Source: Epiperipatus broadwayi (taxonomy: Eukaryota; Animalia; Onychophora). From it: a stretch of 64,000 nt of DNA. The notes beneath the pieces were generated by a model. The model was not told the origin of the DNA, searched no databases, and saw only the letters and a program-made list of their open reading frames with translations. The position numbers and the translations under genes are program-made. Positions 1 to 11,700 of this stretch are shown piece after piece (the first letter of the stretch is position 1; each line of letters starts with the position of its first letter). The DNA lies in NCBI GenBank assembly GCA_028023455.1, contig JAQFVV010000006.1, forward strand, positions 13,702,001 to 13,766,000, in the 5' to 3' direction.

Positions 1-1441
1 TTTAAGCTGTTTACAAGGAGTAAGTCCAATAGTAACTCACATGAAATTCTTTTTCTTCAATAAAAAAATCAACAAAATGTCCGAAATGCATTTTTCAGAT
101 GCAAATCCAATAAACATACCCAAAAGATCCACTATTTACTTCTTGAATCAGATAAAATATTATTGACAAAGATATTTTCAAAGAGTTAGGAATCATGTTT
201 CTTTTTGTCAGGATACGTTCTGACAAATTCTCACATTGGAAAAAGTAAAAGAATAAGAAATATGCAAACACAATTATAATTAAATGTTTTGCCCAAAACA
301 AGACAAATGAGATGGTACAAAAGAAATTTCTTCATCAAAGAGATCCTGATCCTTCTTTTATGTCCTGAGAGACTTTAAATTTGAAGATACTATGTCCCAA
401 AAAATCCCAACTGTCACACTTACCACCTTTATAAAGAAGAAATGGACAACTACAGCGGTTTTCCAAAATTATCTTGCAATGGACAGTTGAGGTTGTTCAC
501 ATAGATTGATTTATGCTGATGTTAGCGTGCATAATAGCACACAATTATTTAAAATGTTTCCATGTTAAAAATATTTTACATAAGAGTTATGTAGAAAGAA
601 AATAGAAAATTACGAAGATGTTTACAGCGCAAGAATTACTTTGCCATATTAGTATAACAGTACTGTTGTTTTAAAATGGAAAGCGCTTTCATCAAAAATA
701 ATTGAAAATTTGCATTAAAATTTCAAATTGTTGCTGAAATATTTATATATATTTTTCATAAATAATAAAGAATACAATCTTGTTATGAAACTTTCCATAA
801 ATGATCATCATCATCATCATCAACCATTATCAATCCACTGCAGGATGAAGGTCTCTCCAAGATCCATCTTCTCCAATCTTTAGCTTCTCTTCTCCACAAC
901 ACCCCTGCACATTTTCTTAATTCATCCATCCATCTCACATGTGGTCTCTTTCTGGGTCTTTTACAATCTCTTGGAATCCAGTTTAAAATTTCATTTGTCC
1001 ATCTATTATCATCTCTTCTAGCAATATGTTGCCCAACTCCATTTCAATCTTTTAATTTTTTTCAATAAGGTCCATAAATGATACCAAGATATATACATTT
1101 TTAAGCACTTTTTTTTTTTTCCAAAATGTTTAAAATTGAAAGTCAAAAATTTTAATTAATGATTTTGAAATCATTGAAATTAAAAATGAGAAAAACTAGA
1201 AATGTTGCGTGTCATATGTAATCCTATAAAATAAGCTACGGTACTTTTAATAATCGTCCAATTAAAAAAGCTAAAGTAAAAATTCTTTCTGGAATTTCAA
1301 ACTGCTGTAACTCCAAAACTATACCAGGAAAAAACTTCAAAATTTGCATTTTTTATTATCTCTTGAGATACATTTGATGAATCAAATTTAAAAAAAAAAA
1401 ATTGAAGGTAGTCATGATTTTTGATTGGATCACTTGACATA
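1..1441 (+). mobile_element. Highly decayed Tc1/mariner-type DNA transposon remnant (interrupted by an RTE fragment)
   Basis: Fragmentary transposase-like peptides (e.g. MHFSDA at ~87-105) and a TIR-like end at ~1400-1441 that resembles a start at ~27313. Many stops; the assignment is tentative. Confidence 0.3.
806..1070 (-). mobile_element. 5'-truncated RTE-clade LINE 3' end with TSD
   Basis: (CAT)n tail on plus strand; homologous to the copies at 52564 and 57764. Perfect 12-bp TSD TCCATAAATGAT at 794-805 and 1071-1082. Confidence 0.88.
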
Positions 1442-2595
1442 GATGGTTCTCCCATAAAAAGCATGCTTACGTTTATGTCAAGAAATATATTATAAAACTC
1501 AAATTCTCTTCATCCATGTCATGAACTCCATCTACAATATAGTCTTCTTAAAATTGCAATTCAATCTCATCTCATTGATTAGCTGAAAACATACTGATTG
1601 GTTTTATATTCTTATTATCATATTTACAGAATATTAGAGACGCTAATGAGTCCATGTTTCATTTCCATATAATAAAATTTTCAATCTATATAAATACAAT
1701 AAATTTACCTGAAATAGTCATTAATCTGGATGGATTATTCTTTTTCTAAATTTTGAAATGCAGTAGCAATACATTGGGATCCAAGCTTATCCGAGTTTAT
1801 TTTTCTATGCGAAAAGCTACCAATACATTTTAAGTGATTCATAACTATAAACTAATAAAGCACATATAATTTTTAATATTAATTATTAAACCAAATTCCT
1901 TATAAGTTTGTATTCAGAACCTTAGATATTCCTGTTGAATTGCAAACTCCCCTGCATGGTGTAACACAGTGATAAAATCTCTGGAGTATGAGATCTTCAG
2001 ACTGATTTCAGTGCCGGCACTTCCAGCATTATATCAAACTTCTTATGAACTCATATAAAGCTTTTTGATTATGATTATTATTACCAGCATGCTGTTAAGC
2101 TATCACTCAAAAAAATATTGTTTTTGATCAATTCAAATAAATAATAAAAAAAACATATCAAACCTATATTACATTTGGATGCCTGCTTCATGAAGCCGCT
2201 TAAAATATATTTTAAAAGTTTATAATTATATCATTAATTTCTGGAAGAATAAACATTTAATAATTCCACCGAGTTAGTCTGAATCAATTTTTTCTTTATT
2301 TGTGTTTCTAGCTGAGAGTTAATCCCGTAACTTTTGTTCAGATCCGCAAATCTAGCGCAAGATAAATAAGTTGTCTCTTGGAAAGTCATGCGACTGCCAT
2401 GCATCAAAAATGACAAAAATTGAGCAAAGATCATATACACTTAGTTTTCGAGTCGTTATTCTACCAACCCATTCTATAGTAATATTCCTCCACCTAACTC
2501 TTAACATTTATCTTAAGTTTCAAATGTCAGATTTATCACACACAGCATTTTTATAATATGGATTAACCATTATCAATAACCAAGCATTTTCAAAC

Positions 2596-4529
2596 TGTTG
2601 CATCTGTACTTAACTTCAACTAATGGATCTAGTCTAGATTCCATCTTGATGGGATTGGGCATTCATCGCCATGAACTGATATATGAATAGATAACATATA
2701 AGCAATAATAGTAACAGGCTAATGGGTGATGAGGCTCAGTGAATCTGACTTTCCATTATGGATGGTGATATGGCTATAAATAGATCATTTGACGTAAAGG
2801 AAGACAACAATTTACTGTCAGACCTAATTGGCATTATGAATATTGTCCACAATATAGTTACGGCAGTGAGGCAAGCTGCCACAGAATAACAGCTTCACCA
2901 TAACTACTTATAAGGCAAGCTGTCATGATGTAGTTGGAAGGGCTAGGCTAGAGCTCTCAATTGAAAATAATTTCATTATCTGGGGATTAAGAGTTTTGAT
3001 TCTGCCAGCTGACTAATACGAAGTGCTTAATGGACATCCAGAGATTGTCAGAATGAAAATGTTAACTAGTTCTTATATCTGGTGGCCTACATTAGAATTT
3101 GACATTGAATCTAATGTTCATCATTGCTGGCATCGTAAAATGAACCAAAACATGCAGTGGTCTAAACCTGAAGATCCTGGACCAGAATTCATGTCGACCA
3201 GGTAAGGGCATATTCTTACTAATACTTGTTGATTCAGATACCAAATGGCTGGAGATAGCAAAAATATTATCACTCCAGTCCACAGCAACCTTCGAGATTC
3301 TTAAGAGGCTATTCACTACCTGTGGTCTATTTACAACTATGGTTTTAAACAATAGGACAACTTTTGCATCAACTGCATTCTGACAATTTTGTACCAACAA
3401 TATAGCTTCGAACTAGTGTTCCGCTCAGCATTCCAACAGAAGAGCAATGACCAGGCAGAGAAACCAGTTCAAGAGATTTTAAAAAATGCTAAAAAAAACT
3501 AACTCAGCATCTTATACCAAGCAGTCACTGGCCAAATGCCAGCTAAACAATTACTTAACAGGGATCAATAAACTAACCTGTCAGGCCAAATTCACTAAAG
3601 AAAAAAATAAATAACCATCAAATGGGTTCAGGCAGTTGTGATCAAATTAAAAAGATTGCAAACAGTAGTCATTCAAAGAGCTGGACAGCAATACCAAACC
3701 AGTTAAGATTGATCTATACATCACCAATCAAGAGAGAAGAGTCATAAGCCAACAGTGAAGTCATCAGTCAACAGTGATGAATCTACAAAATTTCAAAGTC
3801 ATCACAGTTATGAAGGACCTGCTGATGAAGTCACTGAACTTGATGAAGCCAGAAAGTGACAAAGGCATTCACTGAAGCATCAGAATGACTACATTCCCCA
3901 GGGCTAATTTTGCCCATGGGAAGGAAATGTTATATCTCAACTTATCTTTACCTAATGGATTCATCCAGATTCCATCTTATCTTGGTCAAATTGAATTTTC
4001 ATTACCATGAACCAATAAATAAATAACATATATTAATAGTAGTAACAAGCCAATGGATAATGATGCTCGGTGAAACTGATTGCTTTCATTATGAAAGAAA
4101 TCTGGTTATAAATAGTCAAGTGCAGTTGGAGGTAAATGGAGACAATTTATTGTCAGACCTGAATGGCATTATGAAGGTTGTCCACAGTATGATTAAAACA
4201 GTGAGGCAAATTCATAATAGAACTGGAAGCTTTTAAAATGTAATTCAGAGATAATGCAAGCTATAACAGAACAGCTTGAAATGTTACTGTACCTACTCAC
4301 GAGGTGAGCTGTCATGGTACAACTTGAAGTAGTAGATAAGTTTAGAAGGCTATCTGAAAACCCTAACAGAAATAGTTGCATGGCAACTAAATACTATACC
4401 AAGGACAAAGATATATATTGTATATATTATAAATACATAGTAGTATATTTGTTTTAATTAATAAAATTTAATCAATACGAGTTTGTGTTTATCATAATGA
4501 CCTATAAATACGACACAAATATTGATACA
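2596..4529 (+). mobile_element. Decayed, internally deleted Ty3/Gypsy LTR retrotransposon
   Basis: Partial 5' LTR (TGTT.. 2596-~2935) is similar to the 3' LTR (3928-~4529), which is preceded by a polypurine tract GGGAAGGAAA (3918-3927). An integrase remnant lies between them. Confidence 0.75.
2975..3590 (+). pseudogene. Gypsy integrase remnant
   Basis: GHPEIVRMKMLTSSYIWWPTLEFDIE matches the Gypsy pol motif HPGIVRMKSLARSYVWWP. The later QAVTGQMPAKQLLNR matches TTG.SPAELL.GR. Frameshifted with stops. Confidence 0.8.
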
Positions 4530-5357
4530 AACCTTTTTGATTGAGTAAATTTGACCAAATCAATAAAATAATATATAAATCACATCTTTTATTTTGACTA
4601 TTTTTCCATTTTTAAAATCACAAAAAACTATTTCAATTTTGACAAACTGGATATCTCTATTAATATGTAAACAAATTAATCTGATATAATTCATCAACTG
4701 AATATTTGTAGCATTATTCAAAAATGATGAAAATACTTCTTCCATCTGAACGATAAACAAATAATAGGTTCAGTGCGACGACCCCCCCTATCTCCATTGC
4801 AATTTTAATGTGCTAATCATTTTTAGATGCATTTCTGATTTTTCAATCCCAACCCATAATGTTTATGAAATTCCATTCATTTTATTGTTCTATCGACAAT
4901 GTTCTTGTGTTCATATCACTCCTTAAGAGGGTCTCATACCACAGAATAGGTTTGAAAAACCATATCGACATTTCACTACAATTATTGCAGTCCTTTCTAA
5001 CCCCTTCATCTGTGAAAACTATAATCTTAGAAGCAGTCTCCAAATCAGATGTTATATCTTCAAGGGTCTTCCTTATAATCCTAACAAAAATTCACGAGAT
5101 ATCTCTAGCTTAAAGTACAAATTTACAGAAAGTTTTATCTACATTAAAAGTAAATAAATTAAAACAATAGCTTTTTAAAAAAGTATATTAAGATTAATTT
5201 TTACTTTTAAATGCTGCAAAAAAAAAAAAGCAGTGTTAGCAGTTTTTAATTTTTTTTTTTTAAAAAGTGCTTTATTAGCAATATTTAAATATTTTTAAAA
5301 ATAATTGCGTTACAAACTATAATCAAGGATTTCGAAATAAGAATATTAAAAACTTAC

Positions 5358-5458
5358 GGTAGTTCCGCTCCGTATAATACCTGGAGAACACTTTTACGAA
5401 TATCCTTAGGAATATAATCCTGCAAACATTTCTCAATACTTTCAAACTCTGCAGCCAT
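5358..5458 (-). CDS. UPB1: Beta-ureidopropionase, first coding exon (gene continues beyond position 1)
   Basis: Minus strand reads MAAEFESIEKCLQDYIPKDIRKSVLQVLYGAEL(P) then a GTAAGT donor (5357-5352). This matches the UPB1 N-terminus as I recall it (human ...[27 protein letters not shown]). No exon 2 recognised in 1-5357. Confidence 0.88.
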
Positions 5459-5569
5459 GGGAATTTGTTTGGACATCGGATAGCGCGACAAACTGATCAC
5501 CGATTGGTGCAACGTCCACAGGAAGAGTCTCGTTTTCGCCAGAAAAGCAAAAGAGGAAGTCGAGTTTTA
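5459..5569. promoter_or_regulatory. Putative bidirectional promoter / 5' UTRs between divergent UPB1 and ZSWIM7
   Basis: Only 111 bp separate the two ATGs (5458 minus, 5570 plus). The segment is visibly GC/CpG-richer than its surroundings. Confidence 0.65.
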
Positions 5570-5588
5570 ATGGCGGAAAATTCAAAAG
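5570..5588 (+). CDS. ZSWIM7: ZSWIM7 exon 1 (MAENSK)
   Basis: ATG GCG GAA AAT TCA AAA G|GT; the phase fits exon 2. Joined CDS 5570-5588, 9651-9728, 15123-15144, 22810-22912, 32068-32146, 32266-32291, 32439-32543 = 432 nt: MAENSKDCDYVLHSVITSLFQEVKTEYEKDGKLSDNTLTALSFIFQSTLVPALELIDDKKICLVTSPGGRQLFQVIGSSGIPYVCYASSYYCSCPAYKFSVLKKSDHIMCKHVLATRLSYAMGNYRTITLSDEEVTNMIIGND*. This exon is the least certain because it is short with a weak GTTGTA donor. Confidence 0.7.
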
Positions 5589-6482
5589 GTTGTATTTTTG
5601 TTTCTAAGATTTTCGTATAAACTTATAATTAATAAAATAAATATATCAAATTTATTAATAAAATACATATTTCTTAAAATGACGTAATTTTTAAACAACA
5701 TTTTATTTATTAATTGATTGTTTATTTTTTTTAATATATTGCTGTTAAAAGTGTAAGAACATTACATGCTGAACCCAGCTTTTAATATGATTAATTATGA
5801 AAGGCGATTCTAGTAGTTTTAAACGGAACTAGAATTATAATTATTATTTAGTGAATGGACAATAATTATTTAAAAGTTAACAATCTATAAATAGGAATTA
5901 AAATATTTCAATTTCTAATAAGTAAGTATTCAAGTAAATTTGGATTGAGGACTTAGTATTTTATGATATTTTTGTTTTAAAAATGCCAACTTTAATTAAA
6001 TCTATTTAAAACAATACAAAGTAATTCTTTCATGTTATAAGCTTTTTACCTCCATATTTTAAGTCTATACTTTTTAATTCCTCCTCTTCTAATATATGAT
6101 AAGGATTAATTTTATTCTTATGCTTCTTACCTGTGCTAGTGATTAACTTTGTTCTGATGCTTCTTACCTTTTGTTTTATCAGAGATTAACTTTATTTGAC
6201 TCTCATCAATCTCGGGGATTAATTTTATTCCTATGCTTCTAATCTGACAAGAATTAAGTTTGATAAGATTCGGAAATTTTATTAAAACCACCCTTTATTT
6301 TGCTGTAATATCTTATAAATTGTTTTTTTTTTTTTTTTATAAGATTGCCAATTTTTTTTCATTCGCACTTGACATCAGAAATTTAACTCGGGTCATTTGT
6401 GTTTTTTTTTTTTTTTCAGATATCTTTAGTCATATATTTTAACTCATGAGAAAGATAGGGTGGAGTAGGATTAAGAATACTA

Positions 6483-7030
6483 TTAAAATAGTAACAAACT
6501 CTCAATAGAGTAGTGCAAGCCATAGTAGTCAATGGATGCAAGAAATTTTGTGCATAAAATCCCTATCTAATGCCTACTCATCAATATCACCAGATTAGTT
6601 TCTAACTTATGGCTTTCATCAGCGGTAGACTTTGGTTCTGAGAGCATTGCACCCAGATCTTATGATCTAATGCAACTCTCCAGCGAACACCATTTACCTT
6701 TTTAGTTAACTACAAAGCTATGAGTCCAAAATGAAAACAATATTTTCAATCCGAGCTCATTTGTTTATATAGTCATATAGATCTGAACCTAATTCAATAT
6801 CTTTACATATTGGTATCTTTAATATTGGTTTCTTTACTAGTCACCATCATCCCATGGACAGGAGTGATATTAAATCATTAAATATCACATGATTATAATT
6901 TCCTATACTTAAATGTAGATTTGTGCGTCTATTGATTACTATGGTTTGCACTGGGTGGCCTTACTATATGCAGAGTTTGCTGCTGTTTTAACAGCTTGTG
7001 TAAGCAAAGGAAAAGGTGATCGTGATGTTT
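6483..7030 (-). mobile_element. Hammerhead-bearing non-coding repeat (family A) plus inverted partial copy
   Basis: Monomer 6483-6910 (partly degenerate hammerhead on minus, ~6590-6625) followed by an inverted fragment 6915-7030 that spans the monomer end-to-start junction. Confidence 0.8.
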
Positions 7031-7381
7031 AGAATACAATATATTGTGTGTGATGAAGTATAAATCAATTTTAAAATTTATTATTGGACTAAAATACTAT
7101 CTAGCCTAATAAATGATGCTATTAGTTATCATTAAAGTATTTAAAGTAAATGATGTCGAATGTATGAATGTAGGAAATTTGTTTCTTGTAAATCGTATTG
7201 CAGTTATTTGATTCAAATATGTGCTGAACAGATAATGGTGTCTAAAATGTTGTAACTTGGATCAACTGAAGAAGACCAGTTTGGCAAAAATGCACTTTGG
7301 GGATCACCCTTTGTAATTGTTCTAAATTTTTTTACTATGCCTCTTACGTACACAGATAGAAACTTTTAGGAAGCTATATAT

Positions 7382-7871
7382 TAAACAGAGCAAAACTCTC
7401 CATACAGTATTGCCACCTGTGCTAAACAGAGTAATCAATGGATGCCAGAAGGCTTGTGCATAAAATCCCTATCTAATGCCTACTCATCCAATATCCCCAG
7501 ACTAGTTTCTGGCTTATGGCCTTCGTCAGTGAGGAGCTTTGGATCTGAGAGCACTGCATCTAGATCTTAGGATCTAATGCAACCCTCTAGCAACCACCTT
7601 TTATCTCTACTTAACTACAAAACTATGAGAATGAAATTGAAAACACAAAAAATATTTTCAATCTAAGCTCAATAGCTTATATATTCATATAGGTCTGAAC
7701 TCAGTTCAGCACCCATACATTTTGAGGTCTTTGGCTCTTTTACAACCATAGCCACCACTATCCTATTAGGCAGGATTGGTGTTAAACCATTAAGCATCAC
7801 ATGATCACATCTCCTATACTAGCACATTAATTGTTGATAAACAGAGCAAAACTCTCCATACAGTATTGCCA
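7382..7871 (-). mobile_element. Hammerhead-bearing non-coding repeat (family A), one full 456-nt period with terminal direct repeat
   Basis: Identical 34-nt direct repeats TAAACAGAGCAAAACTCTCCATACAGTATTGCCA at 7382-7415 and 7838-7871. Confidence 0.85.
7495..7534 (-). ncRNA. Minimal type I hammerhead ribozyme
   Basis: Minus strand: CCUCA-CUGACGA-AGGC-CAUAA-GCCA-GAA-ACUAGU-C-UGGGG. Conserved core, GUC cleavage triplet, 5-bp stem I, palindromic stem III. Confidence 0.75.
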
Positions 7872-8154
7872 TATATATATTACTGAGTCATATCATTGTT
7901 ATATAGTAAATGTTATTATTTTATTGACAGTGCCTCTTATTAAATTAGAAATACTTGTTTTCAGATTTAATAATGCAAGACAGATTGTCCCCATGTGGTA
8001 TTAGCACATTATGACAGTTTAGTAGCATTCCAAGCTCTAAAATTTTTCTTCAATTTTAGGATTGGTAAAAGTTTTTGAGAATTTCATGATATGAATTTAT
8101 GCTTGAAACACGAGATTGAAATTATTCTATTTGGTAATATAAGACAAATTAATT

Positions 8155-9592
8155 CAGAGATGCCCATAACTCTGCCTACAGGCCACATGTGGCCCACTGT
8201 GAGGATTTGTGCAGCCCACCTAGAGATTTTGATTCTTCTCGAGTGAAAAAATAAACTGAACAAAGATGCTTATTAGATATTTTAATTGTATTCTTAATTG
8301 AAAATTTTGCTATTGATATTATTATTGGATATTTTTACATCAGTGTATTCCACACATTTTTCAAATATGTTGTCAGTGAAATGGACTTACTCTGTTTGAT
8401 GCACCACATGCTGCGAACATTCATAGCGAATATGCGCTTGATTAGTATATACTTAGTTCCGTTCAGTTATAATTCATGTGTAACTAATGTTCTATGTACT
8501 ATATTTATTATTTTGGATGTAGTCCTTGGATTACTTAAGGTTGTACAGTTTTGATCTAATTCATTGGAAAAATGTATAAATTAATAGTGAAAGAGCATGA
8601 CGACCAGCAATAATGTTGATGGATTTCATCATCATAATTAATGTGCCTTTGAATAACCTGAAAAAGTAAACATAATTAAGTAATTCTGAAGAAATGTCAT
8701 TTATTTAGTTAGTAGGGGAAGATATCTCTTTGGCGATTGCTAATAATAAAGGAACTGATATTGATATAAAAGCGTAATGGCCAATATGTAATTTTCTAAC
8801 TTTATTTTTTACCACCGATAAACAATTTGCAAATGTAACTGTCATTTATCAATTACACATCTCATGCAAACTTTTACAAGGCAGTAAATATAAAAAATTC
8901 GTTATTACAGTAGCAATATTTTTTTCCATGCAGTAGTGCCGCCTAATGTAATTTCTAGTAATTATAAAATAGACTATTCTTGTAAAATATGGAGCAATAT
9001 CATTATTTCTCAGGTTTTTTAGTGTATCCATTCAGAATGAAGATTATAAATTAGTAAATTCAAAATATTTTTAATTAATTGTAATAAAAATTCTTTTGTA
9101 AGTTGTTTGGGAGATCGTATACCACTCCAAGTGTCAGGTTGCCCATGTTTCCGACCAGTTGACATTTTTAAAATTTTCTCAACTATGACATTTGGGAATC
9201 TTTTAAATTTGCCCGTCTACCACTGCTTTAAACAGTACAGAATGGTTTTTAGTTTTTAAATTAAATAATATAATAGAAAAGATTTCAGATAAGACTCAGA
9301 GGCAATTAATTATTTATAATGTATATCAGGAAACGCAGTTATTTTTTGTACATTTTGTAAAATAGTTTAATTAAATGTAATAATATTTTATTGTGTTTAC
9401 TTTAAATTAAGGTTGGGAAAACTAAGTATTTGGCCCTTATGCATGCCATTTATCATCCAAAAATAGGCCATTCTGAAAATTACTAGGAAAATAGAAAGTT
9501 GATTTCCAGTACCTGATATATCAAAAAGTAAAACTTTTTTTTTTACATGCGACCTATGTGGTCCTCATTCAGTAATGTCTGCCCATCCCTAA
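8155..9592 (+). mobile_element. Degenerate hAT (Charlie/Buster-like) element remnant
   Basis: The 5' end CAGAGATGCCCA..AGGCCACATGTGGCCC resembles the 55037 element end, and the 3' end reads ..TGCCCATCCCT. No clean TSD. Confidence 0.4.
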
Positions 9593-9650
9593 TTTAAATA
9601 ATTTGTGAATTCTGATCTAAAAATCAATATTATAATATTTTCTTTTTCAG

Positions 9651-9728
9651 ATTGTGATTACGTTCTTCATTCAGTAATAACTTCTTTGTTCCAAGAGGTG
9701 AAAACAGAATACGAGAAAGACGGAAAAT
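9651..9728 (+). CDS. ZSWIM7: ZSWIM7 exon 2
   Basis: Polypyrimidine tract + AG acceptor, GTAAGT donor. Encodes (D)CDYVLHSVITSLFQEVKTEYEKDGK, in phase with its neighbours. Confidence 0.85.
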
Positions 9729-10327
9729 GTAAGTCAAAGGAAATTTAATAATAGCATGTATTAAAAAAGATTTTTAAATGCAAATCTAATAAATGTATTT
9801 TTAATTCAAAGCAATAAATAAACAGATATGAAGTAAAACATTTGATTAGTACATGTGTCAAGCCTGCTTTCAATCCTTTTGTATGCTAACACAAAAGTTT
9901 ATTTATTGTTTCAAATTAACATGTGCAGTAAGCCTAGGTATATCCACATTGTAGTATCCCTCTTCCATATCCATTGATTCATTATTTACAATTTCAGTAA
10001 TCCACAGCTTGAAAGCATATTAAATAAATAAAAAATTTAGAAAATAATTTGTATTCAAATGCTTGCCTATCATTTTTAATTATTTCTTTATCTTGCAAAC
10101 TTACTATGCATTCAATCATGTAATTGATCTAGCTCAATTTATTATTGTACTGACTTTTATAAGTGTCTTGACTTGATTTTATTGTTAATTACTTTTATTG
10201 ATGTCTTCATGTATATAATTTATATTAAACATTTATATATTGTTTGCTATTATTTATGGTTCCATTTTTTTATGCACAGTTGGTATTAAACATCACATGA
10301 ATGCTTACATAAGCTGTTAAAACAGTG

Positions 10328-10868
10328 CGATATACTATGTCTTCTCCTTATTCGGAGTCAGGAATCTGTCAGCGACTATGCCCAGAGAAACTTGTTAACT
10401 ACTTTACCTTGCTTTTCCATTTCCCGCCCGAAGTTTTTCTCTATTCTGCTCCATCCCATTTTCACAACGTAATCTTTGTCAACTCCATGGCCTTTATATC
10501 TAAATCCCCCTTATCTCTTCCTGAACCCAACATAAAAACCAAGAACCCATTTTCTGTATAATCACTTTGTTTATATTTATTTTTCCACAACTTCATTGTT
10601 TGTACCCTTTCTGCTTGCAGGCATTTATATTGAACTAACAAATGCCTAATATTATCTATGCCTTCCTTACACAACTTGCAAACTAAATCACCGACATTTT
10701 TCCATTTATGCGCACATTCCCTTAAACCGTAACTATTTTCCTTGCTATTATCATAAATTAACTTGCATCCAATATTCTGTTTACTTTTATTTATATTTAA
10801 ACTGCTTTTACTCTCTATACTACTTGTCCATCTCTCCAATTCCCTATTCTTTATTAAGGCATCTTACA
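10328..10868 (-). mobile_element. 3' fragment of the APE-RT LINE family of 16147-20120
   Basis: ORF 10462-10839 (..CKLCKEGIDNIRHLLVQYKC..) is the C-terminal zinc-finger region. The DNA is clearly homologous to 16290-16830. Confidence 0.85.
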
Positions 10869-10869
10869 A

Positions 10870-11700
10870 ATTCTCTATACAATAGTGCCACCCACTGCAA
10901 GTCAAATGGATGCAAAGAAGGTTTGTGCATAAAATTCCTATTTAATGCTTACTCAACCAATATCCCCAGACTAGTTTCTAGCTTGGGGCTTTCATCAGTG
11001 AGGAAACTTGAATCTAAGAGCACTGCACATAGATCTTAGGATCTAATGCAACCCTTCAGCAACACCTTTTATCTTTTTAGTTAACTATAAAGTTACAAGT
11101 CCAAAATGGAAACACGATAATGTTTTTAATCTAAGCTCCTTCGCTTGTATAGTGATAGAGATTTGAACCCACTTCAGTATTTATACATTTCGGTGTTTTT
11201 GGTTATTTAATAACCATAGTACCATTATCCCATGGGCAGGTAATAAACCCACTAACATCACATGATCGCCATTTCCTATGCTTATCCAAGCTGTTAAAAC
11301 AGTGACAAATTCCCCACTCAGTAGTGCTACTAAGTTCAAATAATAGTAATTAATGGCTGCAAGAAGCTTTGTTCATAAAATCTATATACTGCCTACCCAT
11401 GATGGTGACTATGGTTATTAAAGAACCAAAGATACTAAAATGTATAGATACTGAACTGAGTTCAAATCTATATGACTACAAATGAATGATCTTGGAGATA
11501 GCTGATGAGGGGTTGCATTAGATACTAAGATCTAGATGCAGTGCTCTAGATCCAAGGCTTTTTATTGATGAAAACCAAACTAGAAACTAGTCTGAGTATA
11601 TTGGATGAATAGACCCTAGATAGGGATTTATGCACAAACCTTTTTGCATCCATTGATTACTATGGGTTGCACTGGGCAGCACTAATGTATAATGGTGAAC
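10870..11700. mobile_element. Two family A hammerhead repeats in inverted orientation
   Basis: 10870-11310 carries an intact hammerhead on minus (10964-11003). 11340-11700 is the reverse-oriented, internally deleted copy with a mutated core (TTGATGA at 11565). Confidence 0.8.
10964..11003 (-). ncRNA. Minimal type I hammerhead ribozyme
   Basis: Minus strand: CCUCA-CUGAUGA-AAGC-CCCAA-GCUA-GAA-ACUAGU-C-UGGGG. Confidence 0.75.

Noticed and set aside
1700-2560. Possible UPB1 exon 2 (a minus-strand donor-like site at ~1708; ORF 2234-2440)
   Set aside because: No frame resembles the next UPB1 segment; exon 2 probably lies outside the window.
7382-7871. CRISPR-like repeat-spacer interpretation of the direct repeats
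   Set aside because: Eukaryotic intronic context, only two repeats with a 456-nt period, and no cas genes.
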